The notes: a model not told the origin generated them from the letters alone. A DNA stretch of 64,000 bases from Alphaproteobacteria bacterium (GCA_965216755.1 CBDCGL010000011.1:4544001-4608000), one strand, 5' to 3'. Numbered from the stretch's first letter, positions 9,588-19,901 are shown. Translations and numbers: made by a program.

Positions 9588-10715
9588 ATGTCAGACAGAC
9601 TGAGCCGAACCGACGTCATTCGTCTACTTCACGATAAGTCGACCGTGGTTCGAGAGGAAACCGCGGCCAAGCTGGTCGCGGACTTCAATGGCGACGAGAT
9701 CACTGACGGCGAGCGGCGGATCGCCGAGGACATTCTGCGCATTATGGTTCATGACACGGCGATCCAGGTGCGCCAGGTCCTTTCGGACAATCTAAAAGAC
9801 AGCTCGATGGTCCCGCGCGACATCGCCAGCGCTTTGGCACGGGATGTCGACACGGTCGCACTGCCGGTCCTCGAATTTTCAAAAGTTCTGACCGATCAAG
9901 ACCTTATTGACGTTGTGCGGACGCGCGATCGCAACAAGCAGACGGCCATTGCGCGACGCACTCAAGTCTCTGCCGAGGTTTCCGATGCCTTGGTCGAGGA
10001 TGGTGGCGAAGACGTCGTCGTGACACTGCTTGAGAATGAAGGTGCGGACATCGCCGAACGGGCGATGCAAAAGGTGCTCGACACCTACGCCGAAAGCGAA
10101 GCGGTCAAAACCAAGATGACCCAACGGTCACGGTTGCCGATTACCGTTGCCGAACGCCTGGTCGTCATGGTTTCCGACAGTCTTAAGGAGTACCTGCTGA
10201 CCCATCATGAAGTGAGTCCCGATGTGGCCAGCAATCTCATCTTGCAAGCGCGCGAGCGCGCCACGACCTCGTGGTTGGCGGATGACGCCCAACCGATGGA
10301 CGTGGAGACTTTGGTCCGCCATCTGGACGAGAACGCGCGCCTAACGCCGTCGATTATTCTACGGGCGCTGTGCGTTGGCGACATGACGTTTTTCGAAGCG
10401 AGTTTGGCGCGTCGTGCCGGTATTCCGGTCCTAAATGCACAGAAACTGATCCACGATCCGGGTGGCCGCGGCCTCGAGTCTTTGCTTTCCGCGGCTGACA
10501 TACCAGAGAACATGTTCAGCGCGACACGTGTTGCCGTCGAGGTTGCCCATGAAACGGACTATGACGGGGGCGACAATGACCGCGAGCGTTACCGTCGCCG
10601 CATGGTTGAACGGATCTTGACCCAGTACGCCGATATTGACGCTCCGGATCTTGAGTATCTGCTTGGGATGTTAGCGGCGCAAGCTGGATCAGCGTCGCAG
10701 CACGCAGCGGCCTGA
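9588..10715 (+). CDS. DUF2336 domain protein
   Basis: LARDVDTVALPVLEFSKVLTDQDL, AIARR and LTPSIILRALCVGDMTFFE are typical of this alphaproteobacterial family. Confidence 0.85.
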   Translation: MSDRLSRTDVIRLLHDKSTVVREETAAKLVADFNGDEITDGERRIAEDILRIMVHDTAIQVRQVLSDNLKDSSMVPRDIASALARDVDTVALPVLEFSKVLTDQDLIDVVRTRDRNKQTAIARRTQVSAEVSDALVEDGGEDVVVTLLENEGADIAERAMQKVLDTYAESEAVKTKMTQRSRLPITVAERLVVMVSDSLKEYLLTHHEVSPDVASNLILQARERATTSWLADDAQPMDVETLVRHLDENARLTPSIILRALCVGDMTFFEASLARRAGIPVLNAQKLIHDPGGRGLESLLSAADIPENMFSATRVAVEVAHETDYDGGDNDRERYRRRMVERILTQYADIDAPDLEYLLGMLAAQAGSASQHAAA

Positions 10716-10911
10716 CCCTGCCGGTGGCGCCGGCACGCGCCGACGCGCCCCAGATTATGTGACCACCGTCACCAAGCGGTTCGATTCGAACCGGTGGCGT
10801 TTGGCAAAAACTCGTCAAACAGCGTCACGCCTATCATATCGCTGGCAAACCGGACATGCCGCCACGGGCGTGATCCGGCGTTGCCGCTGCCCAGAAGGAA
10901 CTAGGCCGACC

Positions 10912-11067
10912 ATGAAGCTCAACGAAAACTATCACCAGGAACTTGCCCAACGTCTCATCGACGCCCTCGGAATCGCGCAGGCTATTGAGACCGCCAAGGC
11001 GAACCACTGGGATGCGGTTCTGGCACTGGTCGAAGGCAAACCGAACGGGTCGCCCGCAGACCGATAG
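10912..11067 (+). CDS. Small hypothetical protein (51 aa)
   Basis: AAGGA upstream of ATG; helical sequence LAQRLIDALGIAQAIETAKANHWDAVL. Confidence 0.45.
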   Translation: MKLNENYHQELAQRLIDALGIAQAIETAKANHWDAVLALVEGKPNGSPADR

Positions 11068-11177
11068 CACCGCGCAAACGCTTGCGCTTGGACGCCCGCA
11101 TCGCAATGATCACCTCGCGATCGGGGGCCGCGCAATAGGTCTGGTGCCGATCGCCTGGTACAGGGGAGCGGGCCGAA

Positions 11178-11663
11178 ATGTTTGCGTGGATGAGACTATG
11201 TTTTTCGTTTTTCGTGATTGGTATTGCTGGTTGTGCGGCGGTATCCGACGCAAAGTCGCCGGATGTCAGGCTGGCGGATTTGAAGCTGCTCAGCAGTGGC
11301 TTGTTCGAACAGCGCTTTCAGCTGGATCTGCGGGTATCGAACCCCAACGATTTTGCGCTTCGCCTGGACGGCCTGACGTTCAATCTTGATCTAAATGACG
11401 CGTCATTCGCGACTGGCCAGTCCGATCAGAACGTGACCGTGCCCAGCCTTGGTGAAACATTGGTCTCCGTCCAAGCGTCAACGACGTTTCTGGACGTCGC
11501 GCAGCAAGTGCTCGCCCTAACCGAGGGTGGAAATGTCAAATACCGGCTCAGTGGGATTGCGTTTCTGCGCGGTCTGGGACGCAACGAAGTGCCCTATGAG
11601 AAGGAGGGCTCGCTGCGCCTTTTCGACGCGCTGGGGGGCGGCCGGACGTTGGTTCCGCGCTAG
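11178..11663 (+). CDS. LEA type 2 (WHy domain) lipoprotein
   Basis: Lipobox IAGC; LRVSNPNDFAL motif. Confidence 0.8.
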   Translation: MFAWMRLCFSFFVIGIAGCAAVSDAKSPDVRLADLKLLSSGLFEQRFQLDLRVSNPNDFALRLDGLTFNLDLNDASFATGQSDQNVTVPSLGETLVSVQASTTFLDVAQQVLALTEGGNVKYRLSGIAFLRGLGRNEVPYEKEGSLRLFDALGGGRTLVPR

Positions 11664-11674
11664 CGCAGGCGCCC

Positions 11675-12442
11675 CTAAAAGGGTGGCTGAAACTTGGCCA
11701 GCCGCGCTTGGGCAGCACGCACCACCGTCACATAGGGGCCGTACTTGCTCAGGGTGAGTTCCGTCCCCGCGTTTTCCGCCAATTCCGCGACCAATTGTGC
11801 GTGTTGGTCGGGCGGCGGGAGGATCTCGTATCCGGCCGGATCCTCGACATAACGCGCGATGGCGGACTTGGCGCCGACGAACGCACCGCCGATGCTGGCA
11901 TCCAACAAATCGCGCCGATATTCAGCGGTAATTGGGTGTTTGGGAACCGCGCCGTTCCAATGTTCGATTTCGCGCGACATGCCCTCCAGATACGGGCGAC
12001 AGTGGCTGTATGCGCGTTCGACCACCGCCGTGAGCGGACGTTCAAACGCCTCTGTGTCGCCGTTCCTTAGGAGGTCGGTCAAAGTCGCGTCGGTTGCCAC
12101 ACCCGTTACGGTAACCGACCCAACACAACCGAAGTGAAGCTGCTTCCACGGTTCCAACACGCGCTCGGCCGCGCCAAACAACTTCGGCCGGTCGGTTCGG
12201 TCGGCCTGAGAAATCGGGGTGATGTCTTGGCCCAATGTGCGGCCGCTGAAACATAACCCGATCGCCAACGCGGCCAACGACACGGTAACAAGGTGGGGCA
12301 CAGCATGAGGGCTTCGGCCGCGGCGGCAATACCCGCGGACAACTTCACCCAGTTGCCCAAGAGTTGTGATCATCGGCCATAGCCTCCGCGCAAGCGATCC
12401 GTCATCAAGGCCCGAACGCGACCCGATCCGCCGCATCGCCAA
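11675..12442 (-). CDS. Hypothetical exported protein (start uncertain)
   Basis: Long ORF with a hydrophobic signal-like segment; no recognised family. Confidence 0.4.
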   Translation of the reverse strand: MAMRRIGSRSGLDDGSLARRLWPMITTLGQLGEVVRGYCRRGRSPHAVPHLVTVSLAALAIGLCFSGRTLGQDITPISQADRTDRPKLFGAAERVLEPWKQLHFGCVGSVTVTGVATDATLTDLLRNGDTEAFERPLTAVVERAYSHCRPYLEGMSREIEHWNGAVPKHPITAEYRRDLLDASIGGAFVGAKSAIARYVEDPAGYEILPPPDQHAQLVAELAENAGTELTLSKYGPYVTVVRAAQARLAKFQPPF

Positions 12443-12615
12443 ACAATTGCGATCACGATTTAGCCTTCGGTCGGCCGCTGGTCGAGCGCATGATTATAGG
12501 CTATCAACGGGATCGACCATAGTTGAAGGCGCAGCCCGATGGCATAATGTGTGGCTGCGGGTACTATGGCATTCTAGCATTTGTGCCGATTATCTGAACC
12601 TTGAGAGAACGAGAC

Positions 12616-13410
12616 ATGATCGCGTACCGAATGGTCACCGCGTTATTTGGGTTCGTGGTATATGGGGCTCTTACTTCGGGGGTCCATGCTGCTGCCAGTG
12701 ACGATCCATTGGACTCGGCGCTTTGGCCGGAAATCTTTGCTATGGCCTTCGGTGAAAGTGAGCATGTCGCGGTGGTCTTTGACGACGCAATGCGTTTGAT
12801 GATGCCTGAGGTCGTGGAGGACGCACACCAGGTTCCGGTTATGGTCAAGATTCCTTCCGATCTGGGGACCGTGCGGGAATTTGTGCTGCTTGCCGAGAAT
12901 AATCCCATTCAAATGGTGACACGGGCTTTTCCGCACCGTCCGATCGAGGCGATCGGCATGAATATTCGGCTCGAAATGTCGACGCCTGTGCGGGCGGCGG
13001 CGCTGACCGGTGACGGCGTCTGGCACGTCAGTTCCGTCGCGGTGACGGTCATGGCGCCCGGTGGCTGTTCCATCGCATTACCTGGCGCCGGTGACGAGGT
13101 CGGCGAGGTGGCGCTAAAGACGTTTGATCGTGTCGGTGGGGCGGGCCGCGCCAAGGTGCGCATATTGCACCCAATGCACACAGGATTTGCGACCAACGAT
13201 GCGGGGAGCCTGATCCCTGCGTTCTATGTCGACCGCCTTGAAATCGCAGACGACGATGGGCCGATCGTTGACATGATCACCTGGGCGGCGATGGCGTCCG
13301 ATCCGACCATAATTCTCGATTTGCCTGCGCGTCGGCAGAGCCTGCGCATCACGGCCAGCGATTCCGAAGGCGGCCTGTTCGAGGCTTATGAGAACGCGCC
13401 GTCAATGTAA
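12616..13410 (+). CDS. Fused SoxY/SoxZ-like carrier protein (quinoprotein dehydrogenase-associated type)
   Basis: Signal peptide; VEDAHQVPV, ENNPI, GGC swinging-arm motif and SoxZ-like ILHPMHTG...IPAFY. Confidence 0.75.
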   Translation: MIAYRMVTALFGFVVYGALTSGVHAAASDDPLDSALWPEIFAMAFGESEHVAVVFDDAMRLMMPEVVEDAHQVPVMVKIPSDLGTVREFVLLAENNPIQMVTRAFPHRPIEAIGMNIRLEMSTPVRAAALTGDGVWHVSSVAVTVMAPGGCSIALPGAGDEVGEVALKTFDRVGGAGRAKVRILHPMHTGFATNDAGSLIPAFYVDRLEIADDDGPIVDMITWAAMASDPTIILDLPARRQSLRITASDSEGGLFEAYENAPSM

Positions 13411-13426
13411 ATGACGGCGCGCTCGA

Positions 13427-13933
13427 TCAAAGTCGATCACCATATTTTGCTTCATGGGCGGCTTTGGCTTGGGAAATCCAATCGTCTTGACGAATACGAT
13501 CCGGGAAACTCTTCAACACCTCCGCCACGCGGGCGATATCGTCATCGGTAAATTGGCCTATCTGGCGATAGGTGGTGATGCCCAAGCTATTTAGCCGTTT
13601 CTCCAAGACCGGACCTATCCCTTTGATTTTTTTTAGATCATCTGGTTCGGTCGTAGCTGTCGCGGGCGGCGACCAAGCCACAGGCGTAGCGTCGGCGGCG
13701 GCGGCGGCGTCCGAGGTCAACTCCAACTCGTGAATGCGGGCGTCGCGTGCACGAACCTGTTCCTCTAGGTCGCCTATCTCTGCGCGCAGGCGATCTTCAT
13801 TCGCCGAAACCGTGGCCGGTTGCGCGATTTCTGCCGCCGACCAATCTGCGGCAGCCATGTCTTGGCGCGCGCGTCGTTCGCGCAGCATCCAACCCAAAAT
13901 AAACCCCAAGATACCCCCGACGATGAACCACAT
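13427..13933 (-). CDS. Membrane-anchored protein with a C-terminal helix-hairpin-helix-like domain
   Basis: N-terminal TM segment MWFIVGGILGFILGW; DDLKKIKGIGPVLEKRLNSLG...WISQAK domain. Confidence 0.75.
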   Translation of the reverse strand: MWFIVGGILGFILGWMLRERRARQDMAAADWSAAEIAQPATVSANEDRLRAEIGDLEEQVRARDARIHELELTSDAAAAADATPVAWSPPATATTEPDDLKKIKGIGPVLEKRLNSLGITTYRQIGQFTDDDIARVAEVLKSFPDRIRQDDWISQAKAAHEAKYGDRL

Positions 13934-14185
13934 GCCGTCCCCCAATTCGACGTTCGATCTGACGCAGTATGTGCCTGGCGCCATTCTCACCGGCGGTGGC
14001 GCTCGGCGCAACGGTGCTGCACATCGCACAGTAATCTGCCGACCCACCATATGGCGTTTGCGTGGCCAATCGGCATCATTCGGCAAAGGTTCACCACGAT
14101 ACCTCGCCGATTGCAGCAAGAGACCCCATTCTGTATCGGGGAGCCCCATTTCACGGGTTGCGGGGCACGCAGAAAGAGGCGCGTC

Positions 14186-15034
14186 GTGCCCAGCTATATC
14201 GACCGATTTCACGAGCAAGGGTTCGCGGTGATACGCGGCGTGTTCAGCGTTGAAGAGGTCCGCGCCATGCAAAACGCATTCGACCGCGTATACGCCCGGG
14301 CGATGGATTATGGGGCCACATTTCGCCACCAAAACGTCCTGTATCGCCTCACCGACGACAAGAACCTGGGCCGTATCGTGCGCATGGTCCAATGGCCCTC
14401 TTACGTCGATCCGGCTTTGGCCGCAATTCGAATCGATAAAAGAGTTTGCGATATATTGAAGCCACTTATAGGAAATAATTTGAAGCAAATTATCAATCAG
14501 ATGCACTGGAAACCGCCGGGTGCGGAGTCTGTTGAGTTTGGCTATCACCAAGATATTCGATTTCGTCGTCCACGATCGGCGTATAGGAGGCCGAGTGCCT
14601 CATACATTCAGACCGGCATCGCAGTTGATCCCCATTCCATGGCCAACGGTGCCATGGTCTTTTGTCCCGGGAGCCACAAGCGTGGCGAGGTGAACATCGA
14701 CCCGGCGACGCGCGTCATGGATCGGCCGCTGACAGACGCCGATCTGACCAAAATCGGCATTGACCCCGCGACGAAAGTCAGCCTGGACTTGGCGCCTGGC
14801 GATCTCGCTCTATGGCATCTTCTGGCCATTCATGGCTCCGGCGAAAACCGCGCCCCGATCGACCGGCGGCTTTACATCAACGGCTATGTGATCGCGGACC
14901 GTTGCGACCGCGGCGAATGGGCCTTTCGCAATGGCGTACCGATACAGCTGGGCACGCCGGTGCTGGTCCACTATGAGCAACTCTACGAACGACCCGAACC
15001 GCACTATGTCGATCAACCGCCACCAAACGATTGA
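14186..15034 (+). CDS. Phytanoyl-CoA dioxygenase (PhyH) family 2OG/Fe(II) oxygenase
   Basis: QGFAVIRGVF, HQD facial-triad motif, PGSH and IHGSGENR. Confidence 0.85.
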   Translation: MPSYIDRFHEQGFAVIRGVFSVEEVRAMQNAFDRVYARAMDYGATFRHQNVLYRLTDDKNLGRIVRMVQWPSYVDPALAAIRIDKRVCDILKPLIGNNLKQIINQMHWKPPGAESVEFGYHQDIRFRRPRSAYRRPSASYIQTGIAVDPHSMANGAMVFCPGSHKRGEVNIDPATRVMDRPLTDADLTKIGIDPATKVSLDLAPGDLALWHLLAIHGSGENRAPIDRRLYINGYVIADRCDRGEWAFRNGVPIQLGTPVLVHYEQLYERPEPHYVDQPPPND

Positions 15035-15175
15035 AAAGTCGAGGTTTGAAATTTACCTCCTCCTAACAGAGCTCGCATAGCATTAGGGACGCCAGGCATC
15101 CGGGTGCCACACGGGACGCTTTTTTGCAGAAGGCCAGCGACCTTGATCCAGCAGTTTCCGCCGCGGCGTTCCGCG

Positions 15176-16627
15176 ATGAACCGGCCCACCGAGGACGCCA
15201 ATCGAACCCAAGATAAGGGCCTGGAAGGATTGGTCCGAGCCAGTTTCGGGGATCATCGGCTTTATCGCACCGTGCTCGAGAATATAACCGACGCCCTATA
15301 TGTGCGCGGGCCTGGCCGTGAACTGTTGTATATGAACCCGGCCGCCGAGCGCCTGACGGGCTGGTCACGTACCAAAGCCGAGGTTTTACCCTGCTACGAG
15401 GTGTTTGGCGACGTTGGCCAGGCTTGCAATCGCAATTGTCCCGTCGACCGCGCGTGCGCTGAGAGAACAAGTGTCACACATGTCGAGGGCAATGTGGTTC
15501 GAAAGGATGGCACCAAATTGCCCGTCGCAGCGTCGATATCGCCCGTGTACGAGGGCGATCATGTCGTTGCCTCGATTGTCTTGTTGTCGGATTTGACGGA
15601 GTTGCAGGCGCTGCAACGGGCGAATAACGATGCCCTGACGCGGCTCGCGAAGATGCACGAGGCGCTGCAAAAGAGCGAGAGCCTGTTCCGTGATTTCGCG
15701 GAGGTTTCTTCGGATTGGTTTTGGGAAACTGATGAAGAACATCGCTTCAGGGACGTCTTTGGCGAATCCTTAAGCCCTCCGAGTTCTTTTCTAGGCAAGA
15801 CACGTCGGGATGTGATCGCACACGATGTGGCGCCGGATGTTTGGTCCACTCATGAGGAAGATCTGGCGGCGCGCCGTTCGTTCCGCGACTTTGTTTATCC
15901 AATGCGAGGGCCCGGTGGTCATTTGGTTTGGGTCCGCATTTCCGGCAAGCCCATACAGTGCGCCGACGGCTCGTTCGCAGGCTATCGCGGCGTCGGTCAT
16001 GATGTGACCGCCGAAATGGAAGCCCGACGGCGCATTGAACGCTTGGCCAGCTATGATGATTTGACCGGTTTGGCCAATCGCCGCCTGTTTGATGATCTAT
16101 TGGCAAAATCAATTGCCCGCGCGACCCGAGATCGGCGAATGCTGGCGCTTTTGATGATCGATCTTGACGGGTTTAAGGCTGTCAACGACGGTTTCGGACA
16201 TCAAGCGGGTGATGCGCTCTTGATCGACGTTGGCGACCGTCTGACGGTGGCGGTACGCGCCAGTGACACCGTTGCGCGCTTGGGCGGCGATGAATTCGCG
16301 GTGATCGTGCCCGATGCCGCGGATCAACGGGCGATTACCGCGGTGGCCCAGAAAATCGTGTCGGCGGTTCGACAACCGGTCACAATAGGTGACAACGAGG
16401 TGGCGGTATCTGCGAGCGTCGGTATCGCTGTCTATCCGGATGACGCGGTCGACCCGGCGGTCTTGTTCCGGCGCGCTGACATGGCGATGTACGCGGCCAA
16501 AAATGCCGGCAAAAACAACTATGTCAGGTACGTGCCTCCACCGTCGACCGAGCTATCCAAGGATCCGGCGGGCGTGTCGAATCCGTTGAGAGATCGCAGG
16601 CGTGCGCGCAAACAGGCGCGCACGTGA
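15176..16627 (+). CDS. PAS-PAS-GGDEF diguanylate cyclase
   Basis: Two PAS/PAC domains; YDDLTGLANR, DLDGFKAVND and intact RLGGDEF. Confidence 0.9.
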   Translation: MNRPTEDANRTQDKGLEGLVRASFGDHRLYRTVLENITDALYVRGPGRELLYMNPAAERLTGWSRTKAEVLPCYEVFGDVGQACNRNCPVDRACAERTSVTHVEGNVVRKDGTKLPVAASISPVYEGDHVVASIVLLSDLTELQALQRANNDALTRLAKMHEALQKSESLFRDFAEVSSDWFWETDEEHRFRDVFGESLSPPSSFLGKTRRDVIAHDVAPDVWSTHEEDLAARRSFRDFVYPMRGPGGHLVWVRISGKPIQCADGSFAGYRGVGHDVTAEMEARRRIERLASYDDLTGLANRRLFDDLLAKSIARATRDRRMLALLMIDLDGFKAVNDGFGHQAGDALLIDVGDRLTVAVRASDTVARLGGDEFAVIVPDAADQRAITAVAQKIVSAVRQPVTIGDNEVAVSASVGIAVYPDDAVDPAVLFRRADMAMYAAKNAGKNNYVRYVPPPSTELSKDPAGVSNPLRDRRRARKQART

Positions 16628-16674
16628 TGCGCGTGGCACGCACGCCGGCGACTTAGACGGTTCGGCCGCGAATT

Positions 16675-16824
16675 CTATTCCTGGGCTTCTTTTTCGATCG
16701 CCTCGCCAGCCTTTTGAACATCTCTGCCGAAACCCTCGGCGGTGTTGCATCCTGTCAAGGAAAGCAGCGCCAAAGTGACGACCGTCACCGCCAATGCCGA
16801 CCAGTTGCGTGACAAACGTAACAT
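16675..16824 (-). CDS. Entericidin A/B family lipoprotein
   Basis: 49 aa; lipobox LTGC followed by NTAEGFGRDV; AAGGAGG RBS. Confidence 0.85.
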   Translation of the reverse strand: MLRLSRNWSALAVTVVTLALLSLTGCNTAEGFGRDVQKAGEAIEKEAQE

Positions 16825-16973
16825 GTTTCCTCCTTCCCGGATTCTGCCCGTGACTGTGGTCTTTGGTCCCCGACCGTGCAGCCTATCAAAGTGTAGCAAC
16901 TTGCCCGCGGGGACGTCCGAACCAAGTTTACTTATGACATACGGGCATTTAACGCAAAATCGGGGGCAAGAAC

Positions 16974-17237
16974 ATGATCCATGACGATGTGGAGATCGAC
17001 GAACCGGAAGGTATGTGGCGGATCTGGGTTGACCGCGATCCATCCGGTGCGTTTCGGCGCTTGTGCATTGGCCAATCGCCACCAGAGGCTGCCGAAGTCT
17101 TGTTCGAGAGCGAGAACATTGATGTCGTCCAACGACAGAAATGGGCGATCGAATGGCGGATCGCGAATGGGCAGCAGGATCTCGGCAACGACGAGGATCA
17201 GGCGCCTGTGGCCACCACCGGCACAACCGGCCGCTAG
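16974..17237 (+). CDS. Small hypothetical protein
   Basis: 87-aa acidic ORF; no motif recognised. Confidence 0.35.
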   Translation: MIHDDVEIDEPEGMWRIWVDRDPSGAFRRLCIGQSPPEAAEVLFESENIDVVQRQKWAIEWRIANGQQDLGNDEDQAPVATTGTTGR

Positions 17238-17500
17238 CATACACCCGACGGTCTGCGGTCGATTGCACGCACGACAGCTGTCGCCGTCGCCGGACAGTGG
17301 GAACTTTATTGCTGAAAGTGGATTGCGCCCCCGTGGCTTATGTATACTCAGCCGCCGTCTATCGGTCGGCAGGTCACGTCTTCACGCCTGAGAGAGTCCA
17401 AGACATTCGATCAACACCCCGCGCGCCCGGCTGTGGGCGCATCGCAGGTATCTAGCAGTGCGGCGCCGGCATTTGGGGTATCGCCGAGGAGGAATGAAGT

Positions 17501-18502
17501 ATGGCGAATAGTCCGTCAACACCTGCGGTCAAAGGGTTGGACCTGGGCACGAGCCGAATCGTCGTTGCGCGCCCCCGCGGGGAAAAGGTTGCTTTCGATG
17601 AACAACTCAATGCCTTTGTGGCGCTGCCATACGCAAAGATGACCGAAGGAATGTTGGAGCGGGAATCGATTTCGTATCGCGTCGAGAACGACGAGATCCT
17701 CGCCTACGGCAATCGCGTCGACGAGTTTGCGAATATTTTTGGTGGCGACACGCGTCGGCCCATGCAGACCGGGTTGCTGAATTCAAGCGAACCCCTGAGC
17801 CTGCAAATGGTCGAGCTGATGCTGGAGGAGATGGTCGGCGAGGCCCGCAAGGGCGAGAAGATTTGCTTCAGTGTGCCCGGCGCTCCCCCCGGTCATGAGA
17901 GCGATCTCTTGTACCACGAACGCACGGTAACCCAATTTCTGGAAGCCCTCGGGTATCAAGTAAAGAGCTTGAATGAAGGTCTTGCGATCGTGTTTTCGGA
18001 ACTGGAAAGTGCGGGTTTTACCGGCATTGGCGTCAGTTTCGGCGGCGGCATGTGCAATGTCTGTTTGGCTTACCTTGGTCTGCCGGTCATCACGTTCTGT
18101 ACCGTCCGCGCTGGCGACTATATCGACCGAAGCGCTGCTTCGGTCACCGGCAACACCCCCGTTAACGTGCGCATGCACAAGGAAGAGGACTTCGTTCTTG
18201 ACGGATTGAGTGACGACAATCTTGACCAAGCGTTGTCTGTATATTACGGCGACGTGGTGCGCAGTGTCGTTGATGGCTTGGAAACACATTTGGCAGATAC
18301 CAGCAAGCTGCCACGAATCACCAAGCCGATTCCGATCGCCCTGGGTGGCGGTACGGCCCGCGTCGATGGTTTTGAAGCGGAGTTTGAGAAGGCGGTGAGG
18401 GAAGCGGATTTACCGATTGAGATATCGGACGTTGAACTGGCCAAGACGCCACATTTCTGTACGGCCAAGGGAACGCTGATGGCGGCACTGTTGAATATGT
18501 GA
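17501..18502 (+). CDS. Actin-like ATPase resembling the haloarchaeal volactin family
   Basis: Phosphate-1 GLDLGT, connect-1 NEGLA, phosphate-2 SFGGG and adenosine LGGGT motifs; strong AGGAGG RBS. Confidence 0.8.
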   Translation: MANSPSTPAVKGLDLGTSRIVVARPRGEKVAFDEQLNAFVALPYAKMTEGMLERESISYRVENDEILAYGNRVDEFANIFGGDTRRPMQTGLLNSSEPLSLQMVELMLEEMVGEARKGEKICFSVPGAPPGHESDLLYHERTVTQFLEALGYQVKSLNEGLAIVFSELESAGFTGIGVSFGGGMCNVCLAYLGLPVITFCTVRAGDYIDRSAASVTGNTPVNVRMHKEEDFVLDGLSDDNLDQALSVYYGDVVRSVVDGLETHLADTSKLPRITKPIPIALGGGTARVDGFEAEFEKAVREADLPIEISDVELAKTPHFCTAKGTLMAALLNM

Positions 18503-18550
18503 TTTTGTTTGGCGGGGCCTTTTCGCGACTGACATGGGGATGTTCGTCGG

Positions 18551-18835
18551 ATGGGGGAGGCGAATTCAGAGGCCAAGGCAGCCAGCACAAGGCTACCGGG
18601 TGCCGGGTCGGACGCGGGCTCGTCGGCGGTTGTTGGCGAGGGGCGCGAGGCCGACTTGTCGCTCGAGGAGCTTAAGGCCGCGGCACGCCGCCTCAAGTCC
18701 GAACATGACCTGTTTCACCTTCTAAATCGCTTGAGCAAGCCTCTTGATGAGGACGCCGGCGCTGGCAAAGGCGCGCGCCTCGCTTCACGGTGGCTCACGC
18801 GCTTGCTCAGACGGGTCGGTCGCCGCAAATTGTAG
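18551..18835 (+). CDS. Small hypothetical protein with a basic amphipathic C-terminal helix
   Basis: Co-oriented 48 nt after the actin-like gene; ends LASRWLTRLLRRVGRRKL. Confidence 0.5.
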   Translation: MGEANSEAKAASTRLPGAGSDAGSSAVVGEGREADLSLEELKAAARRLKSEHDLFHLLNRLSKPLDEDAGAGKGARLASRWLTRLLRRVGRRKL

Positions 18836-18872
18836 CTTGCGGTTGCCGGCGGCGCGTTGTTTGGATCAGCTC

Positions 18873-19901
18873 TCAGAACTCGTAGGCGAGGCTGGCCTTG
18901 GTAACCGTGTCCGTTGCAACGGAATCGGTGGGCGGGCTGCTATTGTGCCGAACCTCGAAGGCGAGCTTGCCCGACCATTGGGCCATGATCTTGGCCGAAA
19001 GCGCCGTGACTGTTTTTGTGGTCGTGCGTTCTTCGCCGACAACCACCGACGTGTCGTTTGTCAGTGCCGCGTTGTCTGAAATCTGCCACTCTAAACCACT
19101 GGTAATTCTGCCAATCAGCTCGACCTCGGTTTGGCCGGTGGCGGTTACGCGGCTTTGGCGCGAGCCTGGACCCGCCTCGAGATCGAAAGTCAGTCTTGGC
19201 CGATCGATAAGCCGGTAGCCAACACCAATACTCTCAGTCAATTGCCAGTCAAATCCGCTGAATCGGTCATCTTCATACTCGATGAATCCGAAGCTATAGG
19301 CGCGGCCATTGAAGTGGTAGCGGGTCTCGCCGTTGACCAGCAGGCGCTGTTTCTTGGTTTCCCCGTCGTCGCGGGCAAGATCGAAGCTTGAGCCCAGATC
19401 ATGCTCCCAGTCGGAATAAGTGCCGACGAGCTTTGCCGCCACGCTGACACTGTCCGTCCGGCTATTTCCGGTAGTCCGGCTGCCGCCGAGCTCGATTTCG
19501 CCGGACCAGGGCGGCTCGGCACCGGGCGCGCTTGCTTCACTCGGCGCGGCCGTCGTATCTGCCGCGGCGACCACACCGCCATAGGCGGCTTGGCGTATGA
19601 TGCCGTTAAAGCCCGGATAGGCGCTGGCCACCCTATCGGCAATGGCCTCGGCATTATCCGGATCAATCGAAACCGCGTAGCCGACAAGCGCCGCGCTGAA
19701 CTCAGGGCGTCGGCTGATTTCGGCGATTATCGTGCTGATCAAGACATTGCCGCCGCCCTGGCGAAACGCATTGTCCAGGGCCGCCGTCGCGTTTGCGGGC
19801 AAGGTTGTTTGGCCGAACGCCGCCGACGTTACGACGATGATGGTCAGGCTAACAGCGAAGCTATTGACTACCGTGCGGGACTGACGGTCGCTGTGGGCCA
19901 T
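18873..19901 (-). CDS. DUF481 (YdiY-like) outer-membrane beta-barrel protein with an N-terminal helical extension
   Basis: WSGEIELG..TTGNS, YEDDRFSGFD, GVGYRL; C-terminal LAYEF; start uncertain. Confidence 0.8.
   Translation of the reverse strand: MAHSDRQSRTVVNSFAVSLTIIVVTSAAFGQTTLPANATAALDNAFRQGGGNVLISTIIAEISRRPEFSAALVGYAVSIDPDNAEAIADRVASAYPGFNGIIRQAAYGGVVAAADTTAAPSEASAPGAEPPWSGEIELGGSRTTGNSRTDSVSVAAKLVGTYSDWEHDLGSSFDLARDDGETKKQRLLVNGETRYHFNGRAYSFGFIEYEDDRFSGFDWQLTESIGVGYRLIDRPRLTFDLEAGPGSRQSRVTATGQTEVELIGRITSGLEWQISDNAALTNDTSVVVGEERTTTKTVTALSAKIMAQWSGKLAFEVRHNSSPPTDSVATDTVTKASLAYEF

Noticed and set aside
13427-15034. Long overlapping ORFs 13427-14551 (-) and 13820-15034 (+) as overlapping genes
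   Set aside because: Recognisable domains start at 13933 (-) and 14186 (+); the extensions are read-through typical of GC-rich DNA.
17501-18502. MamK (magnetosome) or MreB/FtsA assignment
   Set aside because: Phosphate-2 is SFGGG rather than DIGAG/DIGGG, and no mam, mre or fts genes are adjacent.
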